64,000 bases of DNA from contig OZ076413.1 of assembly GCA_964187785.1 (NCBI GenBank), forward strand, positions 45,076,001-45,140,000. The letters run 5' to 3'. This DNA is from Amphiscolops sp. MND2022 (Eukaryota). The notes under the pieces were generated by a model. That model saw nothing but the letters and a program-made list of their open reading frames with translations. It ran no database searches and was not told the origin of the DNA. Shown here piece after piece: positions 60,287-64,000 of the stretch; within the stretch, counting starts at the first letter, position 1; every line of letters starts with the position of its first letter. The translations under genes were made by a program, and so were the position numbers.

Positions 60287-63200
60287 ATCGTATGTGCTTA
60301 GTTCCAAAATACACATTATACTGCGTAGTGGAAAACGCATATAAACGTATATACGTCCTACCAATATACGTATGATGACACATATGCCTAAATTCAAAAT
60401 CGCATAATTACGTACAATCATAATTTCAACATGCGATCAATATAGTATAGTAAATACACCAAAACGTATTTTGACGCTCATTCATCATTCATTAAACTGC
60501 AGAGTGATGCATGATTAGGTCAGAACATAGTATCAAAACTTCAAGTCATGTACAATCGGTAACAATGAGCAAATTAAAAGATCAATTTTGAATGAACATG
60601 TAGACATACAAATGATTGAGCACTACCTAATATGCAGCTTACCTTTTTTCGCAGGTTACCTATGACATATAGAAATACATGACTGAATTTGAAGATAAAA
60701 ACTAGTTTATTAAAAAAGTAAAAATTTGTCGGACGGGGCTAGCTGACATTTCGCTTCTTCAAAACTTCTCCATGTGTCCAGCACAATTTTGTGGTTGCGA
60801 CATGAAGCATAAAAAGTGGGTAATCAGTAGGAGCACCACTGTTGCAGAGGACAAGCTATCAGCAAAACTCATGTTCACACAAGTTAAAAGTTTACACTTC
60901 TTGGCAAACAAGACGCCCGCTGAGCAGCGGGATAGTGTACCTCAAAAACTGTTCTAGAACGACATCAGTTTGAGGCTCAAGAATAGCCAATGCAAAGTCC
61001 GAAAAAAGTGAGTTTTGATTCATCTTAGCCGATTTTTGCGAGCTGACTTTTTTTCCGGACTATGGGACTTATTCTAGAAGAAATTCACAAAATGTTTTGA
61101 ATCCCAGGCGTATTTTTAAGGGTACTTTTTCGTACTGAGAAAAAAGGTTAAAGTTTGAAACCATTGTCCTGTGCAGTTTTAAGAAACATCGTACGGCCTT
61201 GTTTTTTTGTTGCAAATACCATCACCAAAAGTGTCAACAATTGGAAAAAAATTGATAGTTCTGACAATTTTGGGGTCCAGTTGACTGTTATTTTAACATG
61301 GAACTACAGATGTCTCTTCAAAAATTTCTAATAGAAACCGAGTTTAGTTGCTGTTGAATAATTACTTCATTCTGAGCCATGAAATAGCTCCACAATTTTA
61401 CAATTAAAATTGCAACAAAACGTTAAAGTTTTCTTGGTTTCGGGTTATTCGCTGGTTTTCTTCCTCTGTGGGGGACTGCCAAAACAGTTCCTTTTGTAAG
61501 GCGTACTCCAAACTTTGTAATTTTGCTTAGAACTTTTTGAATTTTGGACATTTGACAGAAGTTCGAAAAAATTTACGTTTTCAAGTAACGTTTTCCAGAA
61601 GTTGTGCTAATAAACTTGTCCGATATCCTTTAAAACCACTACCGGTAGCTACAAGTCAACAAATTGTCACCTTGTTGTCAAATTAGAGGAACCTCATTCC
61701 ACTCTTATTCACAAATTGCGTTTTGAATGCACTATGTTTTAACGTTCAGGCCGAGGAATGTTCTATTCTACAAAAATTGTTGTGGTTTGAACAAAAATTG
61801 GGATTAAAGTGTCAAAAAACGTGCATTCTGTTCGTTTTTTGGATTTTGGGCTGCGTCTGAGCCAAATTCCAAGACAAAATTGCAGTTATATACTCAAAAA
61901 CGCCTACTGTATACCAAATTTAGTCGTTGTTGAAGTTTTTTGGAATCATTTTTTGCAATGAGTTTGCTGATAAATTTCACAAAAAATTTCAGAGAAACGT
62001 TAAAAATAATTGAAAATTCAGCGTTTTACACACATTTTGGGTCATTCTGAGCAAAATTTTCTCAATGAAAAGTGCAATATTCACTATGAAACGCGAGCGG
62101 CGGACCATGTATACCATGTGGAACTTTTCGAAGCTTCTGTCTCACCAAACGTTTTTACTCTCAAATTCAAAATTACTGAAAGTTTCAGAGATCAACGACA
62201 TTCTTGACGATTTCAATTTTTGCCGTCGATTTTGAGCCATTTTCAACCGAAGTTTGCACATACGTCCCGAAAAGAAGTCAGTCATTGTTGAACTGTTCCC
62301 AAAATTTAGACTTCAAAAAAATCAAGAAAGTACACATTAGTTGCTTGAAACGAAAATTTTGAATTTTTTTGACTCATGCGGAGTCATTCTGAAGTATTTT
62401 TGAAGCAAACCACTGCAGCGTTCTTGTGAAAGAAGGTACTACATAGCTTGAAGCATTCTTTCAATTTTGGACGTCTTGGAACTTCTAGTTCATGATATCT
62501 CTCGGTAATCGTACGAAAAATGCAATAAAAACGACAAAAACTAGAAACTTTCGAACTTTTCGACAATTTCTCGGTCACTTAGATGCATTTTTCTTTTATG
62601 CATTGTTTTAATCTCGTGACAAATGCCTTCTGAAGCTACGAAAGTCTATCGAAATGTAGACAAAAAGTTAAAAAAAAACAGTGAAAGCGGTAAATTTTGG
62701 AAAAATTGTCTTCTGCGTCAATCCGAGACAAAAATCCTTAAAAAACATCAGTTATCTCTTCACTAGGCCTACTGGACAACAACTTCTTTCCTTGTTGACC
62801 TTTTTCAACTTTTCAATCCACAATTTCTGTCGAAAAATGGACAAAAATTGCATGAAAACTTTGAAAGTTGAAATTTTTTGGATTTTTGTCGTTTTCGTTG
62901 TCAATTTGATAAATTTTTCAAGCAGAAAACCGCAATTATCTCTTCAGAAAAGCCTACTGAAAAACGAGCTGTTGCCTTGTTGAACGTTTTCAACATACTA
63001 CTGCTCGACAATAATCGAAAAGTTGACAGAAATTGTCTAAAAATGTTTAAAATCAAGAAATCTCGGATTTTTTGAGATTTTTGGGGTCATTTTGTGCCAT
63101 TTTCTTTTGTAAAAACCGGATTTATCTCTTAATTGAGGACTACTGGTCAGCAATGTTTTGCCTTGTTGTAAGTGTTCAACATTCTAATCCACGAAGTCTA

Positions 63201-64000
63201 TCGAAAATGTTACAAAATACGCATAAAAACGTTAAAAATCGGGAAATTTTCGAGTTTTTTTTCGGGGTCATTTTCGTCATTCCCAAAAAAGTCCAAAAAT
63301 CTCTACAAATACATATCGCACGAAGCTAATTGTTTGTGAGTTGCATTCTGAGGGTGACACCCTTCAATTTGAATACAAGTTCGAATACAGCCAAGTGCCA
63401 GCTTTTGTAAGAATCAGATTATGAAAATTGGCAGATTTTGGAAAAAAAAACGCTACAAAAATCATGATTTTCCTCCTCCATTTATGTGGGCAGAAAATAA
63501 TAATCTTTTATCAGTCCGAGTTCATTCAAGGTCGATTCCAGCCGGGAAACCGAATGGGAGTATTGATCCGCTGTGTTCGAAATGGCACTCACAGTGAAGT
63601 AGATGTTTTCAAGGAACATGTCGATGAGAACAAAAATAACGAGAAAAAGAATCTGGCAGTTCTTATTAATACCGCGAGAAAGAAAATGGTGAACATGAAG
63701 CTGTCCGCAGTAGGGAGAGTAGGACTAACCAGTAGAGAACGTTTCAAGTTGGCTCCCCACTTAAGGCTCAAACAGAGCAAAGTTTTCAAAATATGCTCAG
63801 GACTTTTTTCATGGAAAACATAAAGAAGCGTCGTAACACCAGCAGGGTGCCTTTACTGCTCGAAAAACTCTTCAAAAATTCGGCTATTCCGTGCTGGGTC
63901 ACATAGGAGAGCTACGTGGGCGCCCATCTGGAAATCAGATAAAAAATTGCAAGAACTCTGAAATGCATATTCTCTAATATCGAAAGCAGATCTGGAGTCC

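Noticed and set aside
60900..63330. AT-rich stretch with recurring AAGTCTATCGAAA and AAAAATT motifs
   Set aside because: Probably old repeat debris; no termini or TSD could be defined
63428..63823. 131-aa + strand ORF and hydrophobic - strand frames
   Set aside because: No recognisable motif or consistent exon structure within the window

Overview
Eukaryotic (probably invertebrate) repeat-rich DNA, dominated by three large mobile elements, each with its ends and target-site duplication (TSD) visible. (1) A 19.7-kb + strand Ty3/Gypsy LTR retrotransposon (2274-21970; 716-bp LTRs ~99% identical; TSD CTAT). It has gag, a very long pol ending in what look like two TARG1/OARD1-type macrodomains, and a broken ~1,400-codon third ORF with an SGNH-like region, split by a Helentron-type HINE. 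(2) A decayed 12.4-kb Polinton/Maverick (24593-36972; TIRs; TSD TCAGTA) inside intron 2 of an intact 3-exon, 335-aa cathepsin-L-like gene (- strand, 22786-39046) that has lost both catalytic Cys and His. (3) A 17.9-kb - strand Gypsy element (42358-60286; ~1.7-kb LTRs; TSD ATCGT) with decayed gag-pol. Its ~7-kb pol-to-3'LTR region holds an antisense, intron-containing gene resembling a catalytically dead hAT transposase with an N-terminal zinc finger. The whole element is covered by a fixed-spacing motif, CGATG-N6-CGATG-N9-CATCG-N6-CATCG or half of it. This protein-plus-motif pairing is my best candidate for an undescribed system (VANC-like sequence-specific anti-silencing or self-regulation). 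Several MITEs, a 659-bp palindrome and a 200-N gap are also present. All protein-family calls are by-eye motif recognition; no searches were run.
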